From Hydrurus foetidus (Eukaryota): a stretch of DNA of 64,000 nucleotides. The DNA lies in contig UYFQ01000001.1 of NCBI GenBank assembly GCA_900617105.1, positions 4,030,001 to 4,094,000 of the forward strand. Reading direction: 5' to 3'. A program made the position numbers and the translations under genes. Under the pieces are notes generated by a model. That model saw only the letters and a list, made by a program, of their open reading frames with translations, did not search any database and was not told the origin of the DNA. Position 1 is the stretch's first letter; each line of letters opens with the position of its first letter. Below are positions 38,022 to 50,038 of this stretch, piece by piece.

Positions 38022-39284
38022 ATGCATCCTAAAGCCCTTCTAGATAGTTGCTCTGATCTGCTCAAGCACGTACTCAAATTTGACCAACCCGCCGACATGA
38101 TGTTGTCGAAGTATTTCCGCGAGTTTCGCTTGGGGCCGCGTGAGCGTGCGACCTTGGCCGAAACTGTGTACGGCGTGCTGCGCAAGAAAAATCTCTACAC
38201 CTACCTGGCCCAGCACGGTCACGGTGCGCCCGAACGAAGGCTGGCGATTTTGGGTTTTGCCGCTGACCGTGAATTTTTGATGGCAGCGCTAACTGACCAA
38301 GAAATTGACTGGCTAAAGCGTTGCGACCAAGTCAAGCCTGAAGACCTGATGGAGCTGCACCGCCACAACTTGCCTAACTGGCTGGTTGAGCCGCTAAAAG
38401 CGCAGCTGGGCGCCGACTTTTGGCCGCTGGTGGAGTCGCTGAATGCGCCTGCCGGGTTGGATCTGCGCGTCAACACGCTAAAAGACAAGCGAGCCGATAT
38501 TCAAAAAGAGCTCAGCAAAGCAGGCCTTAAAACGACTGCAACGCCGTATTCGCCTTGGGGTTTGCGGCTGGCCGATAAATCGCAGTTGGGCAAGCTCGAC
38601 GCATTTACCCGCGGCGCGATTGAAGTGCAGGACGAAGGCTCTCAATTGCTGGCTTTACTCGTTGATGCCAAGCGCGGCGAAATGGTGGTGGACTTTTGCG
38701 CCGGTGCGGGCGGAAAAACTTTGGCCCTTGGCGCAACCATGCGCAGTACCGGGCGGTTGTATGCTTTTGACACGTCGGGGCATCGCCTGGCTGCGCTAAA
38801 GCCCCGCCTGGCGCGTAGTGGCTTGTCGAATGTTCACCCGGTAGCCATCGCCCACGAGCGTGATGACCGCATCAAGCGTCTGGCAGGCAAAATTGACCGG
38901 GTGTTGGTCGATTCACCTTGCTCCGGCTTGGGTACGCTGCGCCGCAACCCAGACCTGAAGTGGCGTCAAACCCCGAAAGCTATTGAAGAGCTGGTGGCCA
39001 AGCAAACCGCCATTTTGCAGAGCGCGTCACGGCTTTTAAAGCCTGGTGGGCGGCTGGTTTATGCCACTTGCAGTGTTTTACGCGAAGAAAACGAAGCCAT
39101 CGCAGAAGCCTTCTCTGCTGCCAATAATGACTTCATCCCCCTTGAAGTGGGCCCTATCTTGACCCATCTAGGGGTTGAACATGCCCCAACCCTGTGCAGC
39201 GGACTTTACCTGAGGTTATGGCCCAACCGGCACCAAACCGATGGTTTTTTTGCTGCAGTTTGGCAAAAGAAGCCAGCAATTTAG
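38022..39284 (+). CDS. RsmB/NOP family RNA m5C methyltransferase
   Basis: QDEGSQL, DFCAGAGGKT, DSPCSGLG, YATCS, TDGFF. Confidence 0.93.
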   Translation: MHPKALLDSCSDLLKHVLKFDQPADMMLSKYFREFRLGPRERATLAETVYGVLRKKNLYTYLAQHGHGAPERRLAILGFAADREFLMAALTDQEIDWLKRCDQVKPEDLMELHRHNLPNWLVEPLKAQLGADFWPLVESLNAPAGLDLRVNTLKDKRADIQKELSKAGLKTTATPYSPWGLRLADKSQLGKLDAFTRGAIEVQDEGSQLLALLVDAKRGEMVVDFCAGAGGKTLALGATMRSTGRLYAFDTSGHRLAALKPRLARSGLSNVHPVAIAHERDDRIKRLAGKIDRVLVDSPCSGLGTLRRNPDLKWRQTPKAIEELVAKQTAILQSASRLLKPGGRLVYATCSVLREENEAIAEAFSAANNDFIPLEVGPILTHLGVEHAPTLCSGLYLRLWPNRHQTDGFFAAVWQKKPAI

Positions 39285-39472
39285 TGGATTTTGATGAGAG
39301 TTCGGTATTTTTAACCGATGAAGTTGAACTCTTGTGGTTTTCTCTGACTCGTATCCCTTACAAGATTCCCGCTAGCAAGAAGCCGCGGTAAAGCTTAGAA
39401 TACAGAGATTGTTTCGACGTTTGCAAAACGACACTCTGACGTTTAGCTGCAAAGTCCCTTTTAAGGATTCAT

Positions 39473-40672
39473 ATGATGTTGTTTGATGCTGGCCTGGATT
39501 GGCTGGCTCACGGCCTTCTGGCAGCAAGCTGGTGGCAAATTGTTTTGTACGCGTTGATCACAACGCACATCACTATTGCCAGCGTCACGATTTATTTGCA
39601 CCGCCACCAGGCGCATCGTGCCATGGACTTGCACGCTCTGCCGTCGCATTTCTTTCGCCTGTGGTTGTGGCTGGGCACGGGCCAGGTCACTAAAGAGTGG
39701 GTGTCCATTCACCGCAAGCACCACGCAAAATGCGAAACGCTGGAAGACCCGCACAGCCCGCAAGCCCACGGTATTGAAAAAGTGTTTTGGCAGGGTGCTG
39801 AGCTGTACCGCGCCGAAAGCAAAAACAAGGAAACCATGACCAAGTACGGTCACGGCACGCCTAACGATTGGGTTGAACGCAACCTGTACACCCGCTACAG
39901 CTGGCAAGGCGTCGGCTTGATGATGATCATCAACCTGGCATTGTTTGGCGCTGCTGGTTTGGCGGTGTGGGCGGTTCAGATGGTTTGGATTCCTGTTACC
40001 GCGGCCGGCATTATTAATGGCATTGGCCACTACTGGGGCTACCGCAATTTCGAATCACCAGATGCGAGCACCAACATTTCGCCGTGGGGCATCATGATTG
40101 GCGGCGAAGAGCTGCACAACAACCACCACACCTACCCTACGTCCGCCAAGTTTTCTGTTAAGCCGTACGAGTTTGATATTGGCTGGGTTTACATCCGGGC
40201 GCTGGAAAAAGTTGGCCTGGCAAAGGTCAAAAAAGTTCCGCCCAAAATGCAGTTGGGTGCAATAGCCCCCGTAGCAGATGAAAAGACACTTGAGGCTTTG
40301 ATCGCTCACCGTTATGAAGTCATGGCTGGTTACGCCAATGCGCTGCGCGATGCGGGCAGGGCAGAAATCGCTGCATTGAAGTCGCGCAATGCCGATGCGT
40401 CGCTTTTACGCAAGGCCAATCGCTGGTTGCATCGTGACGACGATAAGGTTCCAACAGCCGCCAAGCCGCAGTTAGCGCAGGCTCGAGCGGAGCACCCGGT
40501 GCTTGACAAAATGGTTGTGATGCGCGAAGAGCTGCGCCAGATGTGGCTGACAACTTCCGCCTCGCGCGAGCAGTTGACAGCTGACCTGCAAGCATGGTGC
40601 CGCCGCGCTGAAGAAAGTGGCATTGCTGCGTTGCACGAGTTTTCAATGAAGTTGCGCGCTGCCAGAGTGTAA
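39473..40672 (+). CDS. desA: Acyl-CoA (delta-9) fatty acid desaturase with helical C-terminal tail
   Basis: His boxes HRHQAH, HRKHH and HNNHH. Confidence 0.88.
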   Translation: MMLFDAGLDWLAHGLLAASWWQIVLYALITTHITIASVTIYLHRHQAHRAMDLHALPSHFFRLWLWLGTGQVTKEWVSIHRKHHAKCETLEDPHSPQAHGIEKVFWQGAELYRAESKNKETMTKYGHGTPNDWVERNLYTRYSWQGVGLMMIINLALFGAAGLAVWAVQMVWIPVTAAGIINGIGHYWGYRNFESPDASTNISPWGIMIGGEELHNNHHTYPTSAKFSVKPYEFDIGWVYIRALEKVGLAKVKKVPPKMQLGAIAPVADEKTLEALIAHRYEVMAGYANALRDAGRAEIAALKSRNADASLLRKANRWLHRDDDKVPTAAKPQLAQARAEHPVLDKMVVMREELRQMWLTTSASREQLTADLQAWCRRAEESGIAALHEFSMKLRAARV

Positions 40673-40699
40673 GAACCCGCAAACGGGTCTGCCCATCCT

Positions 40700-40740
40700 A
40701 AGCTGCTGCGACGCACTTGCGTTTCGGCGGCTTTTTTATT
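40700..40740 (+). terminator. Putative intrinsic terminator after the desaturase
   Basis: Imperfect GC stem agctgctgcgacgc/gcgtttcggcggct followed by a T-run. Confidence 0.55.
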
Positions 40741-40940
40741 GCGTGCCGTCTAGTGCTATGTGGGTGCTGAGCCGCCTTGCTTGTTTGTAGCCAGTTGGCG
40801 AGAGTTAAACAGCCTTTCGCGTCCGCCGAATTTCCTTCGGTGCGTCAGCAAATCGACGACTTAGCGCCAGTATCGGCAACGCGCAAATGCAAGTGCAAGT
40901 GCAAGGCACACACTAACAAGCACCAGCAGAAGCTGGGCGT

Positions 40941-40975
40941 AAAAAAACCGCTGAGCATTGCTGCCAGCGGTTTTT
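40941..40975 (-). terminator. Intrinsic terminator of rpmB-rpmG (possibly bidirectional)
   Basis: aaaaaaa-ccgctg...cagcgg-ttttt. Confidence 0.8.
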
Positions 40976-40998
40976 AACACAACGGAAACGGCGCTGAA

Positions 40999-41166
40999 TT
41001 ACTTCAGCTTGATCTCTTTGTATTCCACATGCTTGCGGGCTTTTGGATCAAACTTCATGATCAGCATTTTGTCAGGTGTGGTTTTTTTGTTTTTGGTGGT
41101 CGTGTAAAAATGACCTGTGCCGGCAGTTGATTCCAGCTTGATTTTTTCGCGTGCGCCTTTAGCCAT
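40999..41166 (-). CDS. rpmG: 50S ribosomal protein L33
   Basis: Manual translation [55 protein letters not shown] (55 aa, not in the ORF track). Confidence 0.97.
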   Translation of the reverse strand: MAKGAREKIKLESTAGTGHFYTTTKNKKTTPDKMLIMKFDPKARKHVEYKEIKLK

Positions 41167-41177
41167 GATAGTTTTCC

Positions 41178-41411
41178 TTAAACTTCACCACGGGCACGAA
41201 GATCCACCAGGATCGCGTCAATGCCCTTTTTGTCGACCAAACGCAAACCTGCGCTGGTGATGCGCAAGCGCACCCAACGGTTTTCGGTCTCGACCCAAAA
41301 ACGACGGTACTGCAAGTTCGGCATGAACCGGCGCTTGGTTTTATTGTTGGCGTGGGAAACCTTGTTTCCTACCATCGGGCCTTTGCCCGTTACCTGACAG
41401 ACGCGTGCCAT
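41178..41411 (-). CDS. rpmB: 50S ribosomal protein L28
   Basis: [34 protein letters not shown]. Confidence 0.97.
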   Translation of the reverse strand: MARVCQVTGKGPMVGNKVSHANNKTKRRFMPNLQYRRFWVETENRWVRLRITSAGLRLVDKKGIDAILVDLRARGEV

Positions 41412-41544
41412 GAGCACTCTCCGTAAAAAAATGAAATCGGATGTGGAAAGGCGCATGTGAATGCGTGATTTTTCCAGCGAAGCCTTAGATTATAGCCTGA
41501 ATTCGGAAAATTCGGGTGAGTAAAAAACCAATCTGAGGGCTAAA

Positions 41545-42519
<975 letters not shown>

Positions 42520-42642
42520 TTACAGTCCAAGTAAGTCTGAGCTGATCGATAGACCGTTATTGAAGTGATGCCTGATTGTAGAAAAAACAATTGGCTGCCG
42601 CTTCAAAACGCTGAGTTAATCGAGCGAATTGAGGAGAAGACG

Positions 42643-43320
42643 ATGTCGACAATGGTATCTAACCTTGAGCTGATCCGCCGGGTTCCACTTTTTTCAATGC
42701 TAACTGCCAGCCAAGCCGAGTCCGTGGCTGACGCAGTGATCAAGTCGCGGTTCAAACGTGGCGAAGCCATTGTTGAGCAGGGCAAAAAGTCCAATGCGCT
42801 GGCTATTATTTTGACCGGACGCGCCCGCGTGGTCACCACCGATGGGCGAGGGCGCGAGGTGATTTTGGCGTCCATGAAGCCGGGCGATTACATCGGCGAA
42901 ATGAGTCTGATAGACAACGAACCCCACTCCGCGACCGTGCGCGCTGAAGTTCAAACCGACGTGTTGATATTGGGGCGGCTTGAGTTCGCTCGCTGCCTGC
43001 CTGAAAACTCTTCCATGGCTTATGCGGTGATGAAGGGCTTGGTACAGCGGCTGCGCCACGCTGACCGCAAAATTGAATCATTGGCGTTGATGGATGTGTA
43101 CGGCCGGGTGGCCCGCACCCTGCTGGAATTCGCCGTGATTGATGAGCAAGGCAACGCAGTGATCAAAGACCGCGTGTCTCGGCAAGACTTGGCCAAAATG
43201 GTCGGCGCCTCGCGCGAAATGGTCAGCAGGGTCATGAAAGACCTCGAAGATCGCGGTTTCATTGAGACCCGCACTGATGGTTCGATGGTGGTCAAAGAAC
43301 GACTCAACGCGCTGGGCTAG
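42643..43320 (+). CDS. Crp/Fnr family transcriptional regulator
   Basis: cNMP domain GEMSL..HSATV; HTH SRQDLAKMVGASREMVSR; RBS gaggag. Confidence 0.93.
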   Translation: MSTMVSNLELIRRVPLFSMLTASQAESVADAVIKSRFKRGEAIVEQGKKSNALAIILTGRARVVTTDGRGREVILASMKPGDYIGEMSLIDNEPHSATVRAEVQTDVLILGRLEFARCLPENSSMAYAVMKGLVQRLRHADRKIESLALMDVYGRVARTLLEFAVIDEQGNAVIKDRVSRQDLAKMVGASREMVSRVMKDLEDRGFIETRTDGSMVVKERLNALG

Positions 43321-43442
43321 GCTCCCACGGTTAGCACCACCGGTTAGGCCTTGGTTTGTTGCTGCTACCCGCTGGTTTTATCTTGCGGCCAAGGTGTTAA
43401 AACCAATAGCTACTGCCCGATTGCGTTAAGCTTGCGGGCGGT

Positions 43443-45773
43443 ATGACCTATTCTTTAGACACTCTCAATTCTCGCAACACACCCAACACGCCAGAGCCCA
43501 GCGGGCTGAGCCGCTTTGCCCAGGAAGGCGGCTTGATTCTTGGGCTGCTGGGCCTGGTGTTCTGGCTGGCCGCGCTGACCAGCCATTCAGCCCAAGACCC
43601 TGCGTGGTCCACTTCTGGAATAGCGCAAGCAGCAGGCGCGCCTGCCTTTCGCAATTGGGGCGGGCCGTTGGGCGCGTATTTGGCCGACGGCAGCTATTTC
43701 CTCCTCGGGTTCTCGGCATGGTGGCTGATTGCCGCGGGTGTGCGCGCATGGCTGTCTGGCCTGGCCGGCTGGTTGCGCGGCGATGTGCGTGCTGCTGTGC
43801 CTTGGAGCCGCAGCGTTTTTTGGCTGGGTCTGGCGGTGTTGCTGATCGCCAGCTGCGGGCTGGAGTGGTCGCGGCTTTACCGTTATGAAGGCAATCTGCC
43901 CGACCATTCCGGCGGCGCACTTGGGTTTTTGGTGGGCAGTTTCAGTGTGAAATGGCTGGGTTTTGCCGGCTCTGGCTTGGTGTTGATTTCCCTCGGCGTG
44001 GTGGCGGCATCCAGCGTGTTTCGGTTTTCGTGGGGCCATACCGCGCAAAGATTGGGTCTATGGTTGACCAGTCTGGTGGAGTCGCGCCGCGAAAAGCGCG
44101 AAATTGCGGAAGATTTGGCGGTTGGCAAAAAGGCCGCCCGCGAGCGCGAAGACACACTCATCGACGAGCGCATCGACATCAAAGAACATCACCCGGCGCC
44201 AATGTTTATCGAGCCCGCTTTGGTCGACATCCCTAAAAGCGAGCGCGTCGTCAAAGAACGGCAAAAGCCACTGTTTAGTGAAATGCCCGACTCCAAATTG
44301 CCGCAAGTCGATTTGCTCGACGGTGCTATTTCAAAACAAGAAACCGTGGCGCCAGAGACGCTGGAAATGACCTCACGGCTGATCGAGAAAAAGCTCAAAG
44401 ACTTCGGCGTTGAAGTGCGCGTGGTGGCTGCAGCGCCTGGCCCTGTCATTACGCGCTATGAAATTGAGCCCGCCACAGGCGTCAAGGGCTCGCAGGTCGT
44501 TGGCTTGGCTAAAGACCTTGCGCGCGCTCTGAGCTTGGTGTCGATTCGCGTGATCGAGACCATTCCCGGCAAAAATTACATGGCGCTCGAGTTGCCGAAC
44601 GCCAAGCGCCAATCCATTCGACTGAGCGAAATTTTGGGCTCGCAAATTTACAACGAGGCCAAGAGTTTGCTCACCATTGGCCTGGGTAAAGACATTGGCG
44701 GCAACGCTGTGGTGGCCGATTTGGCAAAAATGCCACATTGCCTGGTGGCAGGCACAACGGGTTCAGGCAAGTCAGTCGGTATCAATGCCATGATTTTGAG
44801 CCTGCTGTATAAAGCCGATGCGCGTGATGTGCGGCTGCTGTTGATCGACCCCAAAATGCTTGAGATGAGCGTGTACGAGGGCATTCCGCACTTGCTGTGC
44901 CCAGTGGTCACAGATATGCGCCAAGCGGCGCATGGCCTGAACTGGTGCGTAGCGGAAATGGAAAAGCGCTACAAGTTAATGAGCAAGCTGGGCGTGCGTA
45001 ACCTCGCGGGCTACAACGTCAAAATCGACGAGGCCAAAGCCCGCGGCGAATTTGTTTACAACCCGTTCAGCTTGACGCCCGACCAGCCCGAGCCGCTGGA
45101 GCGTTTGCCGTACATCGTGGTGGTGATTGACGAGCTGGCCGACTTGATGATGGTGGTCGGCAAGAAGATTGAAGAGCTGATTGCCCGGCTGGCACAAAAG
45201 GCACGTGCAGCAGGCATTCATTTGGTGCTGGCCACGCAGCGCCCCAGTGTGGATGTGATCACGGGTTTGATCAAAGCCAACATACCCACGCGGCTTAGTT
45301 TTCAGGTGTCCAGCAAGATCGACAGCCGCACCATCCTTGATGAAATGGGCGCTGAAGCCTTGCTTGGCATGGGCGACATGCTCTACAAAGCCGGCGGCTC
45401 GGGCATTCCTGTACGTGTACATGGCGCGTTTGTCAGCGACGAAGAAGTACACCGTGTGGTGGCTTACCTGAAGCTGCAAGGGGAACCTAATTACATCGAC
45501 GGCATCCTAGAAGGCGGGGTTGCCGATGGCGAAGGCGGCGATTTGGGTGGTGACCTCAGTGAAGCCGGTGGCGAGAAAGACCCGATGTACGACCAAGCTG
45601 TTGAAATTGTTTTAAAAAATCGCAAGGCGTCGATCTCACTGGTTCAACGCCACTTAAAAATTGGCTACAACCGGTCTGCCCGCATGCTCGAAGAAATGGA
45701 AAAAGCCGGTTTGATCAGCGCCATGTCTGGCAGCGGCCAGCGGGAAATACTGGTGCCTGCCCGGGCAGAATAG
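43443..45773 (+). CDS. ftsK: DNA translocase FtsK
   Basis: N-terminal TMs, [26 protein letters not shown], gamma domain. Confidence 0.97.
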   Translation: MTYSLDTLNSRNTPNTPEPSGLSRFAQEGGLILGLLGLVFWLAALTSHSAQDPAWSTSGIAQAAGAPAFRNWGGPLGAYLADGSYFLLGFSAWWLIAAGVRAWLSGLAGWLRGDVRAAVPWSRSVFWLGLAVLLIASCGLEWSRLYRYEGNLPDHSGGALGFLVGSFSVKWLGFAGSGLVLISLGVVAASSVFRFSWGHTAQRLGLWLTSLVESRREKREIAEDLAVGKKAAREREDTLIDERIDIKEHHPAPMFIEPALVDIPKSERVVKERQKPLFSEMPDSKLPQVDLLDGAISKQETVAPETLEMTSRLIEKKLKDFGVEVRVVAAAPGPVITRYEIEPATGVKGSQVVGLAKDLARALSLVSIRVIETIPGKNYMALELPNAKRQSIRLSEILGSQIYNEAKSLLTIGLGKDIGGNAVVADLAKMPHCLVAGTTGSGKSVGINAMILSLLYKADARDVRLLLIDPKMLEMSVYEGIPHLLCPVVTDMRQAAHGLNWCVAEMEKRYKLMSKLGVRNLAGYNVKIDEAKARGEFVYNPFSLTPDQPEPLERLPYIVVVIDELADLMMVVGKKIEELIARLAQKARAAGIHLVLATQRPSVDVITGLIKANIPTRLSFQVSSKIDSRTILDEMGAEALLGMGDMLYKAGGSGIPVRVHGAFVSDEEVHRVVAYLKLQGEPNYIDGILEGGVADGEGGDLGGDLSEAGGEKDPMYDQAVEIVLKNRKASISLVQRHLKIGYNRSARMLEEMEKAGLISAMSGSGQREILVPARAE

Positions 45774-45775
45774 TC

Positions 45776-46447
45776 ATGAAAAAAGCAATTGCTGGATTTT
45801 TATTCGCTACTATTTCAATAGCTGCTTGCGCCCAAGAAATGGGCGCTAACGGCCTAAAAGACCTTGAAAACTTCGTTAAGAACACCAAAAGCGGTCGCGC
45901 AGCTTTCACGCAGGTGGTGACCAGCCCGGCCAAAGAAGGCCAAGTAGCCAAAGTCAAAACATCCAGCGGAACCTTCGAGTTTTTACGGCCCAATCGGTTC
46001 AAGTTTTTGTACAAAAAACCGTTTGAACAATCGATCGTGTCAGACGGACAAACGCTGTGGCTACACGACGTCGACTTGAACCAGGTTACCGCTCGCAAGC
46101 TGGCTCAGGTGCTTAATGGCACGCCTGCCGCCGTTATTGCGGCAGCAGCTGACTTAAAAGGTTTGCGGGCTGATTTCACGCTGACCCCGCTGCCAGACAA
46201 ACTTCCAGCGGTGGCCGGGTTGCAGTGGGTAAAGGCAGTGCCCAAAACCAAAGAAGGCCAACTGCAAAGCATCACGGTGGGTTTGAAGACCACTGACAAG
46301 GGCGTGGAGCTGGCTGCGTTAGAAATTCTCGACAGCTTCGGCCAGCTGTCGGTGATGACGTTTTCCCAATTCGAAGTTAACCCCGCATTAGGCGCCAACG
46401 GCTTTCAATTCAAACCACCCGCCGGTGCTGACGTGAGCAAGCAGTAA
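45776..46447 (+). CDS. lolA: Outer-membrane lipoprotein carrier protein
   Basis: AAFTQ..SSGTF...RPNRF..Y..PFEQSIVSDG..LW..D.DLNQVT; located between ftsK and rarA. Confidence 0.93.
   Translation: MKKAIAGFLFATISIAACAQEMGANGLKDLENFVKNTKSGRAAFTQVVTSPAKEGQVAKVKTSSGTFEFLRPNRFKFLYKKPFEQSIVSDGQTLWLHDVDLNQVTARKLAQVLNGTPAAVIAAAADLKGLRADFTLTPLPDKLPAVAGLQWVKAVPKTKEGQLQSITVGLKTTDKGVELAALEILDSFGQLSVMTFSQFEVNPALGANGFQFKPPAGADVSKQ
45806..45846 (+). repeat. 41-bp element copy 15 (inside the lolA signal-peptide region)
   Basis: gcta ctatttcaa tagc tgcttgc gccc aagaaatgg gcgc, followed by taacggcctaaaag. Confidence 0.8.
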
Positions 46448-46461
46448 GCGGGCGTGCGTTC

Positions 46462-47781
46462 ATGACGCCGCAAAAAGCTGTCAATACAAACATTCCGCTT
46501 GCTGAACGCTTGCGGCCCCAGACGCTTGGCGACGTGATTGGTCAGCGGCATTTGCTCGGCGACGGCATGCCGCTGCGCATTGCGTTCGAATCAGGCCAGC
46601 CACACAGCTGCATTTTGTGGGGCCCGCCCGGTGTGGGTAAAACCACCATCGCACGACTGATGGCCAGCAGTTTTGACGCGCACTTCATCACCATGTCAGC
46701 CGTGTTGGGCGGCGTTAAAGACATTCGTGAAGCGGTAGAGCAGGCCAATGTACGGCTGGGGCAGGGCGCCGGAAAAAGAACGATTGTGTTTGTTGACGAG
46801 GTGCACCGGTTTAACAAAAGTCAGCAAGACGCTTTTTTGCCGCATGTTGAAAGCGGTCTGTTCACATTCATTGGCGCAACCACTGAGAACCCGTCTTTTG
46901 AAGTGAACTCGGCCTTGCTATCTCGTGCGGCCGTGTACGTGCTGCAGCCGCTTTCGGAGCTTGATTTAAAGATAATAGTAGCCAAAGCCGTTAATAATCG
47001 GGAGCTAGCAGCTATTGAAAATATAGCAATTGAGGCGATTGACCGGCTTGTTGCCTATGCCGACGGCGATGCGCGGCGTTTGCTCAACACGCTTGAGTCG
47101 GTGGCAGTTGCTGCTGGCAATGAAAAATCGGGGCCTGTCGCAGAGGTTACCGATGGGTGGCTGATGAAAGTGCTAAGCGAAAAAATGCGACGCTATGACA
47201 AGGGCGGCGAGGTTTTTTACGACACGATTTCGGCGCTGCACAAGTCGGTGCGCGGCTCAGACCCGGACGCCGCCCTGTATTGGTTGATGCGCATGCTCGA
47301 TGGTGGTGCGCAGCCCAAGTACATGGCCCGCAGATTGATTCGCATGGCCACAGAAGACATTGGCCTGGCCGACCCGCGTGCGCTGCGCTTGGCGCTGGAC
47401 GCAGCTGAAGTCTACGAGCGCTTGGGCTCACCAGAGGGCGAACTGGCGCTGGCTGAATGCGTGATTTACCTTGCCATGGCGCCCAAGTCGAACGCGGTGT
47501 ACACCGCCTTCAATGAAGCCAAAGCCTTGATTGCAAAAGGCGGTACGCTGCCTGTGCCAATGCACTTGCGCAACGCGCCGACCAAGCTCATGAAAGCGCT
47601 CGACTACGGCAAAAACTACCGCTACGCGCACAACGAAAAAGACGGCTTTGCAGCGGGTGAAAATTATTTTCCAGAAGGCATGGCCAAGCCCGAGTTTTAT
47701 CGGCCAGTCAGCCGGGGCTTGGAGATTCGTATTGCAGAGAAGCTGGCCGAACTTAAACACAAAAACCGGCCGAATGGGTAA
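46462..47781 (+). CDS. rarA: Replication-associated recombination protein A (MgsA)
   Basis: [38 protein letters not shown]. Confidence 0.96.
   Translation: MTPQKAVNTNIPLAERLRPQTLGDVIGQRHLLGDGMPLRIAFESGQPHSCILWGPPGVGKTTIARLMASSFDAHFITMSAVLGGVKDIREAVEQANVRLGQGAGKRTIVFVDEVHRFNKSQQDAFLPHVESGLFTFIGATTENPSFEVNSALLSRAAVYVLQPLSELDLKIIVAKAVNNRELAAIENIAIEAIDRLVAYADGDARRLLNTLESVAVAAGNEKSGPVAEVTDGWLMKVLSEKMRRYDKGGEVFYDTISALHKSVRGSDPDAALYWLMRMLDGGAQPKYMARRLIRMATEDIGLADPRALRLALDAAEVYERLGSPEGELALAECVIYLAMAPKSNAVYTAFNEAKALIAKGGTLPVPMHLRNAPTKLMKALDYGKNYRYAHNEKDGFAAGENYFPEGMAKPEFYRPVSRGLEIRIAEKLAELKHKNRPNG
46987..47027 (-). repeat. 41-bp element copy 16 (inside rarA CDS, antisense)
   Basis: Reverse complement: gcta tattttcaa tagc tgctagc tccc gattattaa cggc. 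Confidence 0.75.
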
Positions 47782-47945
47782 CTAAAATTGTGCAAATTGT
47801 GCGGCGTCCGCAAGGGTTAACCCCGCGAAAAGCGCATGGTTGGCTCGATTCTCGCTACAGCTGCATGACTACAATTCCGGCACTGCGCGCCAAGACCACT
47901 TGGAGCTGCAACTTGCAAGAGCTAACGTTTATTTTGGGGTAAGTT

Positions 47946-48881
47946 ATGGAACTGGACGTATTACTGCAGCAGATCATCAACGGTCTGGTTTTAGGCAGCA
48001 TGTATGCGCTGATCGCGTTGGGTTACACCATGGTGTACGGCATCATTAACCTGATCAATTTCGCCCACGGCGAGGTACTGATGGTGGGCGCGCTGACCAG
48101 CTGGTCCATCATCGGCCTGATGCAAACGTCCATGCCCGGCACGCCAGGCTGGATCATCTTGCTGATCTCAATGTTGATTGCATTTGTGGTCTGCGCGGCG
48201 CTTAATTTTGTCATTGAAAAAGTCGCTTACCGGCCGCTGCGCAATGCGCCCAAGCTGGCGCCACTCATCACCGCCATTGGCATGTCGCTGTTGCTGCAAA
48301 CGCTGGCCATGATCATCTGGAAGCCAACGTACAAGTCGTACCCCACGCTGCTCCCGTCTGAGCCGTATGAGTTTGGCGGCGCGGTGATCACTGTTACGCA
48401 AATTTTTATTTTGGGCGCCACCGCTATTTCGCTGGCCATTTTGATGTGGCTGGTGCACTACACGCGCTTGGGCCGGGCCATGCGCGCCACGGCAGAAAAC
48501 CCGCGTGTAGCCGCGCTGATGGGTGTGCGGCCCGACACAGTAATCTCTGCAACCTTCATTATTGGCGCCATTTTGGCGGCGCTGGCCGGCGTGATGTACG
48601 CATCCAACTACGGCACTGCGCAACACGCGATGGGATTTTTGCCGGGCCTCAAAGCCTTTACGGCAGCCGTGTTTGGCGGCATTGGTAATTTAGGTGGCGC
48701 AGTACTCGGTGGCATCTTGCTGGGGCTGATCGAGTCGATTGGCGCGGGTTACATCGGCCCACTCACAGGTGATGTGTTGGGCAGCCAGTACACCGATATT
48801 TTTGCTTTTATTGTGCTGATTTTTGTGCTCACGCTGCGCCCGTCTGGCCTGCTGGGTGAGCGTGTGGCCGACAGGGCTTGA
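47946..48881 (+). CDS. livH: Branched-chain amino acid ABC transporter permease
   Basis: NGLVLGSMYALIALGYTMVYGIINLINFAHGE. Confidence 0.92.
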   Translation: MELDVLLQQIINGLVLGSMYALIALGYTMVYGIINLINFAHGEVLMVGALTSWSIIGLMQTSMPGTPGWIILLISMLIAFVVCAALNFVIEKVAYRPLRNAPKLAPLITAIGMSLLLQTLAMIIWKPTYKSYPTLLPSEPYEFGGAVITVTQIFILGATAISLAILMWLVHYTRLGRAMRATAENPRVAALMGVRPDTVISATFIIGAILAALAGVMYASNYGTAQHAMGFLPGLKAFTAAVFGGIGNLGGAVLGGILLGLIESIGAGYIGPLTGDVLGSQYTDIFAFIVLIFVLTLRPSGLLGERVADRA

Positions 48882-48917
48882 CGCTAATCAAAAACCATTA
48901 AAGCTATTGAGATCACC

Positions 48918-50027
48918 ATGAAATCAAACAAAACCGTAACTTATTTGCTGATGGGGCTTGCCCTGTTGGTGTTGCCCCTGTTCTTGCAGTTCGGCGGCAA
49001 CGCCTGGGTGCGCATTGTCGACATGGCGCTGCTTTACGTGCTGCTGGCACTCGGCCTGAACATTGTGGTGGGCTATGCCGGCTTGCTCGACTTGGGCTAT
49101 GTGGCGTTTTTTGCGGTGGGTGCCTATTTGGCGGCGTTGCTCGGCTCGCCGCATTTGCTGCAAGCATTCCCCGAGCTGGCCGCCATGTTCCCAGCTGGTT
49201 TGCATTTACCTATTTACATCGTGATTCCGCTGGCGGCTGCGCTGGCTGGTTTATTCGGCATCATGCTGGGTGCGCCAACGCTTAAGTTGCGTGGCGACTA
49301 CCTGGCCATCGTTACGCTCGGTTTTGGTGAAATCATTCGGGTGTTTTTGGCAAACCTTGACAGGCCGTTCAACATTACCAACGGGCCCAAGGGCATCAAC
49401 CAAATTGATTCCATCAAGTTTTTTGGTTTTGACCTGGGTGCAGACCATCAGTTTTTTGGCATCACCGTGAACTCGGTGTCAATGTATTACTACCTGTTTT
49501 TGGCGTTGGTACTGGTTTCGGTCGTGCTGTGCCACCGGTTGGAGAACTCCCGAATCGGCCGCGCCTGGATGGCTATTCGCGAGGATGAAATCGCCGCCAA
49601 GGCCATGGGCATCAACACCCGCAATTTAAAGCTGTTGGCCTTCGGCATGGGCGCCACGTTTGGCGGCGTGTCGGGCGCCATGTTTGCAGCTTTTCAGGGT
49701 TTTGTATCGCCAGAGTCGTTTAGTTTGATGGAATCCGTCATGATTGTGGCAATGGTGGTGCTGGGCGGTATCGGCTACTTGCCCGGCGTTATTTTGGGTG
49801 CGTTGTTGCTGGCTGCGCTGCCCGAAGTGCTGCGCTATGTGGCAGGCCCATTGCAGGTCATGACCGATGGGCGGCTTGACGCCGCGATCTTGCGGCAGTT
49901 GCTGATTGCGCTGGCCATGATCACCATCATGCTGATGCGTCCGCGCGGGCTATGGCCAGCGCCTGAGCACGGCAAGTCCTTGAATAAACCCGTGGGCAAA
50001 GTGCCTAGCAACACGATCAACCCGTAA
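48918..50027 (+). CDS. livM: Branched-chain amino acid ABC transporter permease
   Basis: GLNIVVGYAGLLDLGY, LRGDYLAIVTLGFGEI. Confidence 0.92.
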   Translation: MKSNKTVTYLLMGLALLVLPLFLQFGGNAWVRIVDMALLYVLLALGLNIVVGYAGLLDLGYVAFFAVGAYLAALLGSPHLLQAFPELAAMFPAGLHLPIYIVIPLAAALAGLFGIMLGAPTLKLRGDYLAIVTLGFGEIIRVFLANLDRPFNITNGPKGINQIDSIKFFGFDLGADHQFFGITVNSVSMYYYLFLALVLVSVVLCHRLENSRIGRAWMAIREDEIAAKAMGINTRNLKLLAFGMGATFGGVSGAMFAAFQGFVSPESFSLMESVMIVAMVVLGGIGYLPGVILGALLLAALPEVLRYVAGPLQVMTDGRLDAAILRQLLIALAMITIMLMRPRGLWPAPEHGKSLNKPVGKVPSNTINP

Positions 50028-50038
50028 GGACTGCGCAC

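Noticed and set aside
40740..40940. Possible sRNA or small ORF between the desaturase and rpmG, with short tgcaag repeats
   Set aside because: It lies between two terminators with no recognisable promoter, fold or coding signal.
43394..43425. Possible 21st copy of the element upstream of ftsK (aaccaatagctactgcccg)
   Set aside because: The left GCTA arm is missing and the 7-bp linker spacing is broken; too degenerate to count.
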